Shown: positions 9,098 through 20,122 of the stretch, piece after piece
Position numbering within the stretch: position 1 is the stretch's first letter
Layout of the letters: each line of letters opens with the position of its first letter
Source of the DNA: an uncultured Alphaproteobacteria bacterium
GTDB lineage: Bacteria > Pseudomonadota > Alphaproteobacteria > HIMB59 > GCA-002718135
Length of the DNA stretch: 64,000 bases
Assembly (NCBI GenBank): GCA_902591485.1
Contig: CACJAV010000001.1
Span: 16,563-80,562, forward strand
Direction of reading: 5' to 3'
The notes under the pieces: generated by a model
Databases searched by the model: none
The model's input: only the letters and a program-made list of their open reading frames with translations
Told to the model about the DNA's origin: nothing
Translations under genes and position numbers: made by a program

Positions 9098-9999
9098 TGT
9101 TTGGTCTAAATAAAATAATACCTGTTGACTCTGATTATAAATTTTTAAATTACAGAAAAAAATTCTATATAGCTTCTGGTGTCGCTATTTTACTATCTTT
9201 AATCCTCCTATTTTTTAAAGGATTAAATTTAGGAATTGATTTTAAAGGTGGAACTTTAATTGAAGTTAGTACCCAAAATACGAATATTGGTGAATTGCGT
9301 GATATCTTATCACCAAATTTTAATGAAGTTTCTCTTCAAGAATTTGGTGATGAAAATACTATAATAATCAGATTACAAAATGAAAACAACCAGGAAAGTA
9401 TTGAAACAGTTAATAAGGTTAAGCAACTGATTAGTGATAAAGTACAAGAGTTTAGAAGATCAGAATTTGTAGGACCTACAATTAGTTCTGAATTATTATG
9501 GAAAGGTTTTCAAGCCGTCTCTTTTGCTTTATTTGCTATTTTAATTTACATCTGGTTGAGGTTTGAATGGCAGTTTGGTTTTGGAGCTGTAGTCGCCTTA
9601 ACACATGATGTTCTTTTTACACTAGGCGTTTTATCAATTTTGAATGTAGAATTTTCTCTATCCACAATTGCAGCTGTATTAACAATCGCAGGATATTCAA
9701 TAAATGATACTGTTGTAATTTTTGACAGAGTCAGAGAAAACTTAAGAAAGTATAAAAAACTTGAACTCTTAGATCTGTTTAATTTATCAATTAATAATAC
9801 GCTCTCAAGAACTGTTATGACTAGTATTACGACACTATTAGCATTGTTATCACTCTATATTTTTGGTGGTGAGGTAATTAAGCCTTTTGCTTTAACAATG
9901 ATTATTGGTGTATTAATAGGAACTTATTCATCAATATTTATTGCGGTCCCAACTTTATTAGTTTTTAAGTTCAGACCGCAAGAAGATGATGAAAATTAG
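9097..9999 (+). CDS. secF: protein translocase subunit SecF
   Basis: 300 aa. GIDFKGGTLIEV, INDTVVIFDRVRENL. Start overlaps the secD stop. Confidence 0.9.
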   Translation: MFGLNKIIPVDSDYKFLNYRKKFYIASGVAILLSLILLFFKGLNLGIDFKGGTLIEVSTQNTNIGELRDILSPNFNEVSLQEFGDENTIIIRLQNENNQESIETVNKVKQLISDKVQEFRRSEFVGPTISSELLWKGFQAVSFALFAILIYIWLRFEWQFGFGAVVALTHDVLFTLGVLSILNVEFSLSTIAAVLTIAGYSINDTVVIFDRVRENLRKYKKLELLDLFNLSINNTLSRTVMTSITTLLALLSLYIFGGEVIKPFALTMIIGVLIGTYSSIFIAVPTLLVFKFRPQEDDEN

Positions 10000-10000
10000 T

Positions 10001-10600
10001 TTAAGAGTTCTTTAAGAAATTTTCTGTAACTTTTTCCCAGTTAACCATATTGTCAACAAATGCTTTTAAGTAATCAGGTCTTCTATTTCTATAATCAACG
10101 TAGTAAGAATGCTCCCAGACATCGCAACCCAAAAGGGGAACGTGACCATGTACTATAGGGTTTTCTGCATTAGGAGTTTTGGTAATTTCAAGTTTACCTC
10201 CATTTAATACAAGCCAACACCAACCTGAACCAAACTGTCCAATGCCAGCGTTTATAAATGCTTCTTTCATTTCTTCGACTGATCCTAAATCTTCATTGAT
10301 TTTATTTTCTAATTCAGAAGGTATTTTACCATCTGGGTTATTTTTCATAATTTCCCAGAAATGAATGTGATTTAAATGCTGTGAAACATTGTTAAATACA
10401 GGGGCGTTTTTATTATATGTATTCTTAACAATATCTTCTATCGAATCTTCACTTAAATTATTTTCTTTAATAAATTTATTTCCGTTAGTGACATATGCCA
10501 TGTGATGTTTGTCATGATGCAACTCTAAAGTTTCAGCAGACATATAAGGTGCAAGAGCATCTTTACTATAAGGTAAATCAGGCAACTCTAAGTTTATCAT
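10001..10600 (-). CDS. sodB: Fe-type superoxide dismutase
   Basis: 199 aa. LPDLPY, LHHDKHHMAYV, DVWEHSYYVDYRN. Gln in FNNVSQHLNH favours the Fe type. Confidence 0.9.
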   Translation of the reverse strand: MINLELPDLPYSKDALAPYMSAETLELHHDKHHMAYVTNGNKFIKENNLSEDSIEDIVKNTYNKNAPVFNNVSQHLNHIHFWEIMKNNPDGKIPSELENKINEDLGSVEEMKEAFINAGIGQFGSGWCWLVLNGGKLEITKTPNAENPIVHGHVPLLGCDVWEHSYYVDYRNRRPDYLKAFVDNMVNWEKVTENFLKNS

Positions 10601-10614
10601 TTTTTTTCCTTTAT

Positions 10615-13419
10615 TTATAAAATTTTTTTTAAGAAACTACCTGTAAAGCTTTTTTTACTATTTGCAATATCTTCAGGAGAGCCCTTTGCTATGATTTCTC
10701 CACCTTTAACACCGCCAAGTGGACCTAAATCAATAATGTAATCTGCTGTCTTTATAACATCTAAATTATGCTCAATAACAATAACGGTATTACCCTCATC
10801 TACCAATGTATGTAATATTTTTAGTAACTTGTTAACATCATCAAAATGTAATCCAGTTGTTGGCTCATCTAAAATATATAGAGTTTTTCCAGTTGATCTT
10901 TTGGACAATTCTTTTGATAATTTTATACGTTGAGCTTCTCCACCTGAAAGAGTGGTCGCTGATTGTCCAATTTTAATATAATCTAATCCCACATCAACTA
11001 GAGTTTTTAATTTTTGTTTAATTGAAGGTATTTTTGAAAAAAAATTGTAACCTTCTTCTACCGTCATATCTAACACTTCTGCAATTGATTTGTTGTTGTA
11101 TTTAACTTCTAACGTTTCCCGGTTATATCTTTTGCCTTTACAAATATCACACTCAACATAAACATCTGCTAAAAAATGCATTTCAATCTTTTTGACACCA
11201 TCACCCTCACAAGATTCACATCTTCCACCTTTCACATTAAAAGAAAAGCGTCCTGGTTTATATCCTCTTGCATTAGATTCATTTAACCCAGCATACCAAT
11301 CTCTAATTGGCGTGAAACAGCCTGTATAGGTAGCTGGATTAGATCTTGGAGTTCTTCCAATAGGAGATTGATCTATATCAATAACTTTATCAATATTTTT
11401 AATACCTTTAAAATTGAAATAACCCTCTTCTTTATTCAATGATTTGTTAAAATATTCATCAAGTCTTTTGTATAGTGTATCAATAATCAATGATGATTTT
11501 CCACTACCAGAAACTCCTGTTACACAAATAAAATTACCTAAAGGAAATATTACTTCTAAATTATTAAGATTATTTGTGTTAATTTTTTTTAGAGTGAAAA
11601 CTTTATTTTTATTAAATTTTCTTCTTTGATCTGGAATTTTAATTTTCTTTTTTTTATTTAGATATTGGGCTGTTAAACTTTTTGTATTTTTAAGAACATT
11701 TTTTAGATTGCCTTGTGCAACAACTTCACCACCATGAATTCCTGCTTTTACTCCAATATCAATGACATGATCAGATTGCTTTATTGCATCTTCATCATGC
11801 TCTACGACTATTACTGTATTTCCAAGGTCTCTTAATTTAAAAAGTGTATTAATTAATTGTTGATTGTCTTTTTGATGTAATCCAATTGAGGGTTCATCTA
11901 ATACGTATAATACACCTGTTAATCCTGATCCAATTTGACTTGCTAATCTTATTCTCTGACTTTCACCCCCAGATAAACTTTTACTTGCTCTTGCTAGAGA
12001 TAAATAATCTAGACCCACTTTATTTAAAAATTCTAGCCTATCTTTTATTTCTTTGATTACACCTTCAGCAATTTTATTTTCATTATCTGATAGATTTTTT
12101 TTAATTTTACTGAACCATGCATAGCAATCATCAATTGATTTTTTAGTGATTTCTCCAATGTGTTTTCCTACTATTTTAACTGATAAAGCTTTTTCATTTA
12201 ATCTGTAACCCTTGCATACTTCACAATCTCTCTCAGATAAATATTTTTCTAATTCATATTGTATCCACCATCTTTCTGTTTCAGAATATTTTCTATCAAT
12301 AAAATGAATAATCCCTTCAAAACCTTTTAAAAAAGTTAAATCATTATTTGCATCTCCATAAAGTATAATGTTTTGAATAGTTTTTGGTATCTTGTACCAA
12401 GGAGTATTTATATTTATTTTATAATTTTTTAAAATTTTTGATATTGTTTCAACAAAAAATTTTTTTTGATAACCAAATACTTTAGTTTCCCAAGGTTTTA
12501 TTGCACCTTTTAAAATTGACCTAGAGTCATCAGGAATAATTTTTTTGTCATCAAAAAATTTTTCTATTCCAATTCCATCACATTCATTGCAAGCTCCCAT
12601 TGGAGCATTAAAGCTAAACAGTCTTGGCTCTATTTCTTCTATTGAAAAACCAGAAACTGGACATGCAAATTTTGATGAGTATGTTGATATTTTTTTTGTA
12701 TCCAAGTCCTCAAGATATATTAATCCATCTGATAAGGTTAAACCTATTTCAATACTTTCAGCTAATCGTTGTTGAATATTTTTTTTTACAATTAATCTAT
12801 CTACAAGAACATCAATATTATGTTTAAAATTTTTTTTTAATTTTGGAACATTTTCAATCTCATAGATTTTTCCATCAACTTTTAGTCTTTGATATCCTTT
12901 CTTTTTTAATTCTTCTATTTCTTTTCTGTATTCTCCTTTTCTATCCCTTACTATGGGCGCAAGAATATAAGCTTTACTTCCTTCATTAATCTCCAATATA
13001 CTATCGCAAATTTCGCTTACACTTTGAGACTTGATAGGCAAACCCGTAGATGGTGAGTAAGGTACACCAACTCTAGCAAATAGAACTCTTAAATAATCAT
13101 AAATTTCAGTAACTGTACCAACTGTACTTCTTGGATTTTTTTGAGTTGTCTTTTGTTCAATAGAAATCGCTGGAGATAAACCATCAATAGAGTCAACATC
13201 TGGCTTATTCATCATTTGCAAAAACTGTCTTGCATAAGCAGACAAGCTTTCGACATATTTTCTTTGACCTTCAGAGTATATAGTGTCAAATGCTAACGTT
13301 GATTTGCCTGACCCACTTACTCCTGTGATAACAACAAATTTATTTTTTGGTATTTCAAGACTAATATTTTTTAAATTGTGCTCCCTTGCACCTTTAATAA
13401 CAATTTTGTCGTGAATCAT
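10615..13419 (-). CDS. uvrA: excinuclease ABC subunit A
   Basis: 934 aa. Two ABC modules (GVSGSGKSTLAFDTIY, GVSGSGKSSLIIDTLY), zinc-finger Cys clusters, two LSGGE signatures. Confidence 0.95.
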   Translation of the reverse strand: MIHDKIVIKGAREHNLKNISLEIPKNKFVVITGVSGSGKSTLAFDTIYSEGQRKYVESLSAYARQFLQMMNKPDVDSIDGLSPAISIEQKTTQKNPRSTVGTVTEIYDYLRVLFARVGVPYSPSTGLPIKSQSVSEICDSILEINEGSKAYILAPIVRDRKGEYRKEIEELKKKGYQRLKVDGKIYEIENVPKLKKNFKHNIDVLVDRLIVKKNIQQRLAESIEIGLTLSDGLIYLEDLDTKKISTYSSKFACPVSGFSIEEIEPRLFSFNAPMGACNECDGIGIEKFFDDKKIIPDDSRSILKGAIKPWETKVFGYQKKFFVETISKILKNYKININTPWYKIPKTIQNIILYGDANNDLTFLKGFEGIIHFIDRKYSETERWWIQYELEKYLSERDCEVCKGYRLNEKALSVKIVGKHIGEITKKSIDDCYAWFSKIKKNLSDNENKIAEGVIKEIKDRLEFLNKVGLDYLSLARASKSLSGGESQRIRLASQIGSGLTGVLYVLDEPSIGLHQKDNQQLINTLFKLRDLGNTVIVVEHDEDAIKQSDHVIDIGVKAGIHGGEVVAQGNLKNVLKNTKSLTAQYLNKKKKIKIPDQRRKFNKNKVFTLKKINTNNLNNLEVIFPLGNFICVTGVSGSGKSSLIIDTLYKRLDEYFNKSLNKEEGYFNFKGIKNIDKVIDIDQSPIGRTPRSNPATYTGCFTPIRDWYAGLNESNARGYKPGRFSFNVKGGRCESCEGDGVKKIEMHFLADVYVECDICKGKRYNRETLEVKYNNKSIAEVLDMTVEEGYNFFSKIPSIKQKLKTLVDVGLDYIKIGQSATTLSGGEAQRIKLSKELSKRSTGKTLYILDEPTTGLHFDDVNKLLKILHTLVDEGNTVIVIEHNLDVIKTADYIIDLGPLGGVKGGEIIAKGSPEDIANSKKSFTGSFLKKIL

Positions 13420-13475
13420 TCAATTACTGATAGTTTATTTAAATAAATTGTTATAAAGATATATATAGAAAATTT

Positions 13476-13946
13476 ATGGTTGGTAGTGTTAATAAGGTAA
13501 TATTGTTAGGAAGATTAGGTAAAGATCCTGATATAAGATCCATGCAGAATGGAAAAAAAATTGCTAATTTTAGCATTGCAACTTCTAAACGTTGGACAGA
13601 TAGAGATACTCAAGAAAAAAAAGAAAAAACTTCATGGCATAATGTTGTAGTATTTAATGAAGGGCTGGTTGGAATAGTTGAACAATATGTAAAAAAAGGC
13701 TCACAAATATATGTTGAGGGTGAGTTACAAACGCGTAAATGGCAAGATCAAGAGGGAAAAGATAGATACACAACAGAGGTTGTACTTCAAAATTACACTG
13801 GTAATTTAACTCTCCTTGGCTCAAGAAACCAATCTGATACTGTTGAAAATCAGTCATCATCTATGAATAATAACTCAATTTCAGATGACTCATTTGGTGA
13901 AATGACTAGTGATTCTTCAGATTTGGACGAAGATATCCCTTTTTAA
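13476..13946 (+). CDS. ssb: single-stranded DNA-binding protein
   Basis: 156 aa. OB-fold N-terminus (NKVILLGRLGKDPD...), acidic tail ending DEDIPF. Divergent from uvrA. Confidence 0.9.
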   Translation: MVGSVNKVILLGRLGKDPDIRSMQNGKKIANFSIATSKRWTDRDTQEKKEKTSWHNVVVFNEGLVGIVEQYVKKGSQIYVEGELQTRKWQDQEGKDRYTTEVVLQNYTGNLTLLGSRNQSDTVENQSSSMNNNSISDDSFGEMTSDSSDLDEDIPF

Positions 13947-14087
13947 ATATATACTTTAAAAAAATATATTAAGTAATTGATAAATATAAATAATATTATC
14001 TAATAATTGAATTTTATAAGATTGTATTAATATTTCATATTTGATATAGATTTATCTTAATTTTTCGCAGAAAACCAATAAAATTCA

Positions 14088-16754
14088 GTGTCAGATAACA
14101 ATATAAGTTCGGATAGCGGATCGCCAAATAATATTTCTAATATTTCATTAGTAGAGGAAATGAAAAAATCATACCTCGACTATGCTATGTCTGTAATTGT
14201 CAGTAGAGCTCTTCCAGATTGCAGGGATGGATTAAAACCAGTTCATCGAAGAATATTGTATTCTATGAATGAATCAGGTTACAATTTTAACAAACCATAT
14301 AGAAAATCAGCAAGAATAGTTGGGGACGTTATGGGTAAATATCACCCTCATGGAGATGGCGCAATTTATCAATCAATGGTGCGAATGGCTCAGGATTTCT
14401 CGATGAGATTAGAGTTAATCGATGGTCAAGGTAATTTTGGTTCTCTCGATGGTGATCCTCCAGCTGCGATGCGGTACACTGAAGCTAGGTTAGCGAAGGT
14501 TGCGGAAAAAATTGTAACTGATTTAGATAAAGAAACAATTACTTTTCAACCGAACTATGATGATAGTACAAATGAACCAACTGTACTACCTGCTCAGTTC
14601 CCTAATTTGCTTGTTAACGGAGCTTCAGGAATTGCTGTGGGAATGGCAACAAATATTGCTCCTCATAATTTGGGTGAGGTTATAGATGCAACTTTGCACT
14701 TAATTGAAAATCCAGATTCAGATCTAATAGATCTTGTTAAATTTATTCATGGCCCAGATTTTCCTACTGGTGGTCAGATAATTGGCAAAAAAGGTATATT
14801 TGATACTTTTGAAACTGGAAAAGGAGGAGTAGTTTTAAGATCTAAGACATCTATTGAAAACTTTAAAAAAGATAGAGAAGCTATAGTTATTCATGAGATA
14901 CCTTATCAAGTTAATAAATCTAAACTAATTGAAAAAATTGCTGAAACAGTAAAAAACAATATAATTGAAGGTATTTCTGACTTAAGAGATGAATCTGATC
15001 GTAATGGTGTTCGTGTAGTAGTTGAGCTAAAAAAAGATGTTGATGCCAATATTATTCTAAATCAATTATATAAACACACGCTCCTTCAAACTACGTTCAA
15101 TTCAAATATGTTGGCTTTAAATAAAGGTAAGCCAGAACAAATGAATCTTAAGGACATGTTAAGTGCCTTTATTGACTTCAGAGAAGAGGTAATTACTAAA
15201 AGAACAATATTCGATTTAAATAAAGCAAGGGATAAAGCTCACATTTTAATAGGTTTAGTTGTTGCGAATGCAAATATAGATGAAATTATAAACCTAATTA
15301 AAGCATCCAAAGACTCTAAAGAAGCTAGAGAAAAATTGATTAAGAAAAAATGGAAATTAAGTGAAAAAAATCTTAATTTTATTCGTCTAGTAGATGATGA
15401 AAATACGCAAGTTGAAAAAAACATATTTTTATTTACTGAGGCGCAAGCAAGGGCAATTCTTGAATTGAGATTACATCGTTTAACTTCATTGGAAAGAGAT
15501 GATATCCAAAAAGATTTAGAACAATTAATTTTAGAAATAAAAAAATATCTGGATATTTTGCAATCCAGAACAAAACTTTTAAATGAAATAAAAAAAGAAT
15601 TAAATGAAATAAAAAAAGAATTCGCCACACCTCGTAAAAGTGAAATTATCGATAGAGAATATGAGGAAGTAGATGATTTGAAATATATTCAAAAAGAAGA
15701 CATCGTAATTACCATATCCAATAATGGATATATCAAACGTTCACTGCTTGAAAATTACAGAGCTCAGAATAGGGGTGGAAAAGGAAAAACAGGAATGTCA
15801 ACTAGAGAAGAAGATTTTGTCAAAGAAATACATCTGGCAGACACTCATACTAAGTTATTAGTATTTTCTTCTTTAGGAAAAGTTTATTCTCTTAAATCAC
15901 ATGACATACCTGAGGCATCTTTAAAAGCCAGAGGTAAACCAATCGTTAATTTACTTCCTTTTTCTGATGAAGAAAAAATTGCAACATTCCTCCCATTGCC
16001 TTTAGAAGAAAATTCTTGGTCTGAAAATTTAATAATTTTTGCAACAAAAAATGGAATGGTTAGAAAAAATAAACTGATCGATGTTGCTAAAAGTGGAAAA
16101 CGTGAATTAAGAGAAACAGGAAAACTGGCAATAAAACTTGATCCAAAAGATAAGCTTATTGGAATTAAATTAGCAAATTCTGACGATGATATTCTTTTAT
16201 CAACCAAAAATGGTAAATGTTTACGTTTCCCTCTAGAGAAATTAAGACTATTCTCTGGATTAAATTCTTCTGGTGTGAGAGGTATTAATCTAGAGAAAAA
16301 CAATTATGTAATTTCTCAAGCAATACTAAAGCATTCAAAAATAGATATAAATATTAGGCAAGAATACCTTAGAGCTGCTTCTGAAAATAGAAAAAGCGCA
16401 GGGAGTCTAAAACATGAATTTAAAGAACTAAATATCAATGAAGAATTCCTTCTAGCTTTAACTACAAATGGTTTTGGGAAAAGATCATCTGCATATGAGT
16501 ATAGGATATCAAACAGAGGTGGGAAGGGTATTACTGGCATCTTAACCTCTGACAAAAATGGTGAAGTGATTGACTGCTTTGTTGTTCAAGATAATGATCA
16601 AATAATTTTAGTAACAGATAAAGGTCAAATTATACGTGTTAACGTTAATCAAATAAGGATTGCAGGTAGATCAACTAAAGGAGTTAGTGTATTTAAAATA
16701 CCAGTATCAGATTCAATAGTTTCTGTTTCTCGAGTACAAGATATTGATAGTTAA
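14088..16754 (+). CDS. gyrA: DNA gyrase subunit A
   Basis: 888 aa, GTG start. [27 protein letters not shown], active-site [11 protein letters not shown]-terminal beta-pinwheel repeats. Confidence 0.95.
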   Translation: MSDNNISSDSGSPNNISNISLVEEMKKSYLDYAMSVIVSRALPDCRDGLKPVHRRILYSMNESGYNFNKPYRKSARIVGDVMGKYHPHGDGAIYQSMVRMAQDFSMRLELIDGQGNFGSLDGDPPAAMRYTEARLAKVAEKIVTDLDKETITFQPNYDDSTNEPTVLPAQFPNLLVNGASGIAVGMATNIAPHNLGEVIDATLHLIENPDSDLIDLVKFIHGPDFPTGGQIIGKKGIFDTFETGKGGVVLRSKTSIENFKKDREAIVIHEIPYQVNKSKLIEKIAETVKNNIIEGISDLRDESDRNGVRVVVELKKDVDANIILNQLYKHTLLQTTFNSNMLALNKGKPEQMNLKDMLSAFIDFREEVITKRTIFDLNKARDKAHILIGLVVANANIDEIINLIKASKDSKEAREKLIKKKWKLSEKNLNFIRLVDDENTQVEKNIFLFTEAQARAILELRLHRLTSLERDDIQKDLEQLILEIKKYLDILQSRTKLLNEIKKELNEIKKEFATPRKSEIIDREYEEVDDLKYIQKEDIVITISNNGYIKRSLLENYRAQNRGGKGKTGMSTREEDFVKEIHLADTHTKLLVFSSLGKVYSLKSHDIPEASLKARGKPIVNLLPFSDEEKIATFLPLPLEENSWSENLIIFATKNGMVRKNKLIDVAKSGKRELRETGKLAIKLDPKDKLIGIKLANSDDDILLSTKNGKCLRFPLEKLRLFSGLNSSGVRGINLEKNNYVISQAILKHSKIDINIRQEYLRAASENRKSAGSLKHEFKELNINEEFLLALTTNGFGKRSSAYEYRISNRGGKGITGILTSDKNGEVIDCFVVQDNDQIILVTDKGQIIRVNVNQIRIAGRSTKGVSVFKIPVSDSIVSVSRVQDIDS
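15579..15620 (+). repeat. perfect 21-nt tandem duplication inside gyrA (encodes LNEIKKE x2)
   Basis: ttaaatgaaataaaaaaagaa occurs at 15579-15599 and again at 15600-15620, in frame. Confidence 0.9.
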
Positions 16755-16755
16755 T

Positions 16756-17253
16756 ATGTCTAAAATTGGAATATATCCCGGCACTTTTGATCCCATGACT
16801 AATGGTCATTTAAATATAATTAAAAGATCACTAAAAATTGTTGATCAATTAATAATAGGTGTAGCAGATAATCAAAATAAAACACCCTTGTTTAGTATCA
16901 ATGAAAGAAAAGATATTATTGCAAATGATTTAAAATTAGAAAATATGGATAATAACAAAATTTCTATTTTCTCTGTTAAAGGACTTTTAACTGAATTTGC
17001 AAAAACTCATAATGCAAATTGTATTATACGAGGGTTAAGAGCAGTATCTGACTTTGAATATGAATTCCAGATGACAGGAATGAATTATCAACTCAGTCCA
17101 GATATTGAGACGGTTTTTTTAATGTCTTCAGATAATAATTCTTTTATCTCTTCTAATTTAGTTAAAGAAGTTCATAAACTAGGTGGAGATGTATCTAAAT
17201 TTGTTTCAAAAAATACTATCAACATTTTAAATCGTAAAAACTCTATATCATAG
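16756..17253 (+). CDS. coaD: phosphopantetheine adenylyltransferase
   Basis: GIYPGTFDPMTNGHLNII, plus RGLRAVSDFEYE. I prefer the ATG at 16756 (1 nt after the gyrA stop) to the TTG at 16744 given by the ORF track. Confidence 0.9.
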   Translation: MSKIGIYPGTFDPMTNGHLNIIKRSLKIVDQLIIGVADNQNKTPLFSINERKDIIANDLKLENMDNNKISIFSVKGLLTEFAKTHNANCIIRGLRAVSDFEYEFQMTGMNYQLSPDIETVFLMSSDNNSFISSNLVKEVHKLGGDVSKFVSKNTINILNRKNSIS

Positions 17254-17256
17254 GTC

Positions 17257-17285
17257 TTGCGTTCATGAATTTTGAACTATATAGA
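17257..17285 (+). promoter_or_regulatory. possible sigma70-type promoter for tRNA-Lys
   Basis: TTGCGT (17257-17262), 17-nt spacer, TATAGA (17280-17285), ~12 nt before the tRNA 5' end. AT-rich background makes this weak. Confidence 0.3.
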
Positions 17286-17297
17286 CATCACATTGAT

Positions 17298-17373
<76 letters not shown>

Positions 17374-17380
17374 TTTTTAA

Positions 17381-17563
17381 ATGAGACAAACCATCATTAA
17401 AAATATTGCTACCGGAATTACTAAAAATTGTGATATTCTCAAAAAAAATGATAAATTTTTAGAAGTAGTTCTTGAAGGAACAACAATTAAAATAATTTTG
17501 AAAAAAAAAGGTGAAATTTATGTAGGTTCTTATAAGGACATGGAGTTTACTTCACAGGGTTAA
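17381..17563 (+). CDS. hypothetical 60-aa protein
   Basis: ORF only. Begins 7 nt after tRNA-Lys and overlaps the convergent ykgJ-like gene by 17 nt. No family recognised. Confidence 0.3.
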   Translation: MRQTIIKNIATGITKNCDILKKNDKFLEVVLEGTTIKIILKKKGEIYVGSYKDMEFTSQG

Positions 17564-18014
17564 CTCTATTTTTAAGAATTAATTTTTCATTATCAAAATC
17601 TTCTTTTAACAATTTATTAATTTTTGTTTGAGTTATTATCTTACCTTTTCCAATGCCAGGGCAATTGACTGAGATATCTTCATTCCATACTTTTGAATTC
17701 ATATTATCATTCCAAAAAGGCCATGTTCTGCATTGAGATGGTCTACTTTTATATACTGTGCACATTTTATTTTTTAAAAATATACAATTACCATTTAATT
17801 CTTTTCTTTCAGTCAAATGAATAAATCCATCAGTTATTTGGCAATATTTCTTTTTAAAAGCCTTTACAGATAATTTAAAAAATTTTGAAAATCTTTTTAT
17901 GTCAATATTACTTAAATAAACAAAACCATAAGAATTTCTTGAAACACAGCATTTACCAGAACCTTGGCATTCAAACCTTATGCCATGCTTAAAACTAATC
18001 AAATCATCCTGCAT
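17547..18014 (-). CDS. YkgJ-family (UPF0153) cysteine-cluster protein
   Basis: 155 aa. CQGSGKCC cluster near the N-terminus plus distal Cys residues (CIFLKNKMCTVY, CRTWPFW, CPGIG). Overlaps the recG 3' end by 11 nt on the same strand. Confidence 0.7.
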   Translation of the reverse strand: MQDDLISFKHGIRFECQGSGKCCVSRNSYGFVYLSNIDIKRFSKFFKLSVKAFKKKYCQITDGFIHLTERKELNGNCIFLKNKMCTVYKSRPSQCRTWPFWNDNMNSKVWNEDISVNCPGIGKGKIITQTKINKLLKEDFDNEKLILKNRVNPVK

Positions 18015-20082
18015 TTAGTGTCCTTATAGCTGTATCTCTTTCATGAATGTACAGCAAATCTCTAAGATTTTTATTTTTTTCTAATTTGGGATCGCTATTA
18101 ATTATTTTTTCAGCTTTTAATTTAGCTTCTTCAAGTAAATCTCCATCATAGCTTAAGTCAGCTACATTAAAAGATGGGAGTCCTGATTGTCTTTTTCCAA
18201 GAATTTCACCTGGTCCTCTGATTTTTAAATCTTCTTCAGCTATGAGGAATCCATCATTCGTTTCTGTCATTATACTTAATCTTCTCTTTGCAGTTTCATT
18301 TATGTTTTCTTTATGTAATAAAATACAATAAGAATCTTCATTATTTCTTCCTACACGACCTCTTAATTGATGAAGCTGAGCTAATCCAAACCTTTCAGCA
18401 TGCTCGATAATAATTGTTGTTGCTGATTTTATATCAATACCAACCTCTATGACTGTAGTCGCAACCAAGATGCGGTAATCTTCGTTCTTAAATTTTTCCA
18501 TTGTTGCTTCTTTATCTTTTTCATTTAATTGACCATGAATAAGTAATACTTTGTTTTTAAATAATTTGTTTAACGAATTAAAACGATCGGTAGCTGCTTT
18601 TAAATCAAGTTCTTGAGACTCCTCAATAAGAGGACAAACCCAAAAAAATTTATTATTTGAGTTATTTATTTTATTTTTAATTCTTTCGATTAAATTCTTT
18701 TCTTTTTTTAATGTTAACACTGATGTTATAATAGGTTTTCTTCCAATTGGTTTTTCAGTTAATCTGCTTTCATCCATATCACCGTAGGCTGCCAAAGTTA
18801 GAGTTCTAGGAATTGGAGTTGCGCTCATTACTAAAATAGAGGGTCTAAAACCCTTGTAATTAAAAGCCATTCTTTGATAGACACCAAATCTATGCTGCTC
18901 ATCGATTACTGACAAACCTAATTTATTAAAATTGACACCCTCTTGTATTAGAGCGTGGGTTCCAATTATTATTTTAGTATCACCATTTTTAATTTTTTCT
19001 AATTTTTCTAATCTTTTTTTTCCTTTATCTCTTCCTGTAAGTATATCTATTTCTATTGGAAGATTATTGATTAGTTTAGCAATGTTTTCATAGTGTTGGT
19101 ATGCTAAGATACTAGTAGGGGCCATTAGTGTTACTTGATATCCAGACTCTATTACTGAAAGCATTGAAATTAGAGCAACTATAGTTTTTCCGGAACCAAC
19201 ATCTCCCTGAAGTAATCTAATCATTTGTTTGTTAGAAATAAGATCACCTTGGATTTCGTTAAGAACAGTTAGTTGAGAATTAGTTAATTCAAATTCTAAA
19301 TTTTTTATTAAATTATTTTTAAAGTTATCTTTATTTGTAAAAGAAATAGATTTTTTTTTATTATCAATTGTTCTAACAATACAAATTGCTAATTGATGTG
19401 CGAATAATTCATCAAAAGCTAACCTTCTTCGATAAAAATTTTTTTCACTGTATGTATCATCTATATCTGGATTATGTAATTTTTCTACAGCATCTTTCCA
19501 TGAAGTAAATTTATATTTTTTAATCAATGTTTTATCAATCCACTCATTTAAATCAGGAATTGATTGTAAAACTTGATTTGATAATTTGATAAAGTTTTTC
19601 ATGTTTAGACCTGCAGTCAAGCTATAAACAGGCTCTTTTTCTCTTAATAATTGAATATCGGATATATTTTCTATACTTGAAGGATGAGTAATCTGAAATT
19701 TATTTTTAAAAAACTCTAATTTACCTGAAATCATTTTTATACTTTTAACAGGCAAAACTGATCTTACAAAAGGGTGTCTAGCATTAAAATAAACAATATC
19801 TATTGGTATCTCATTAGCTAAGCAAGTTACTCTGTATGGCTGTCTTCTAAATTTTGAGGGATAATGTTTTATAACTTCTATTTTTAAAGTAACTAATTGA
19901 TTTATTGGTGCGTCATAAATATTTTCATAATATTTTTTTTCAATAATCCTGTAAGGAAAATGCCATAAGAAATGCACATTAAGTTTTATGCCTAATTTAT
20001 TTATAATGCTTTCTAATTTTGGCCCAACTCCCTTTAATTTATTGATTGGAGAGAGTAATAAGTCTAAATGTGCAGGTCTCAT
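18004..20082 (-). CDS. recG: ATP-dependent DNA helicase RecG
   Basis: 692 aa. Wedge domain followed by SF2 helicase motifs GDVGSGKT, DEQHRFG, SATPIPRT, QLRGRVGR. Confidence 0.9.
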   Translation of the reverse strand: MRPAHLDLLLSPINKLKGVGPKLESIINKLGIKLNVHFLWHFPYRIIEKKYYENIYDAPINQLVTLKIEVIKHYPSKFRRQPYRVTCLANEIPIDIVYFNARHPFVRSVLPVKSIKMISGKLEFFKNKFQITHPSSIENISDIQLLREKEPVYSLTAGLNMKNFIKLSNQVLQSIPDLNEWIDKTLIKKYKFTSWKDAVEKLHNPDIDDTYSEKNFYRRRLAFDELFAHQLAICIVRTIDNKKKSISFTNKDNFKNNLIKNLEFELTNSQLTVLNEIQGDLISNKQMIRLLQGDVGSGKTIVALISMLSVIESGYQVTLMAPTSILAYQHYENIAKLINNLPIEIDILTGRDKGKKRLEKLEKIKNGDTKIIIGTHALIQEGVNFNKLGLSVIDEQHRFGVYQRMAFNYKGFRPSILVMSATPIPRTLTLAAYGDMDESRLTEKPIGRKPIITSVLTLKKEKNLIERIKNKINNSNNKFFWVCPLIEESQELDLKAATDRFNSLNKLFKNKVLLIHGQLNEKDKEATMEKFKNEDYRILVATTVIEVGIDIKSATTIIIEHAERFGLAQLHQLRGRVGRNNEDSYCILLHKENINETAKRRLSIMTETNDGFLIAEEDLKIRGPGEILGKRQSGLPSFNVADLSYDGDLLEEAKLKAEKIINSDPKLEKNKNLRDLLYIHERDTAIRTLNAG

Positions 20083-20122
20083 AGAATATTATAATATTTT
20101 ACTATATTCTATTATTAATTAT

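Noticed and set aside
11444-12827. Alternative-frame and antisense ORFs within uvrA (11444-11629, 12545-12775, 12624-12827). Similar short ORFs occur inside other confirmed genes: 919-1170, 2229-2414, 4818-5117, 8665-8919, 10179-10364, 13654-13860, 24618-24818, 25462-25719, 27061-27282, 27654-27839, 44201-44419, 48742-48924, 49083-49437, 53712-53975, 54903-55139, 56304-56589, 58010-58273
   Set aside because: All are embedded in longer ORFs with clear family motifs. None has recognisable motifs of its own.
13420-13475. SOS (LexA) operator in the uvrA-ssb divergent spacer
   Set aside because: I looked for the alphaproteobacterial GTTC-N7-GTTC / GAAC-N7-GAAC direct repeat. Neither GTTC nor GAAC occurs in the 56-nt spacer.
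13947-14087. 141-nt non-coding spacer upstream of gyrA as a possible structured RNA
   Set aside because: Essentially A/T only, with no stable helices or conserved-looking motifs. Most simply a promoter/UP-element region for gyrA.
15239-16555. Long antisense ORFs inside gyrA (15239-15628, 15433-15630, 15884-16303, 16316-16555)
   Set aside because: They lie entirely opposite a strongly supported gyrA frame. Their translations are low-complexity (F/S/I/K-rich) and mirror gyrA codon usage and the 21-nt duplication. No independent start or RBS context.
19988-20122. N-terminal 45-codon extension of the sdhE-like ORF
   Set aside because: The extension overlaps the 5' end of recG on the opposite strand and has no SdhE-like sequence. 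The ATG at 20123 gives the expected ~80-aa protein.
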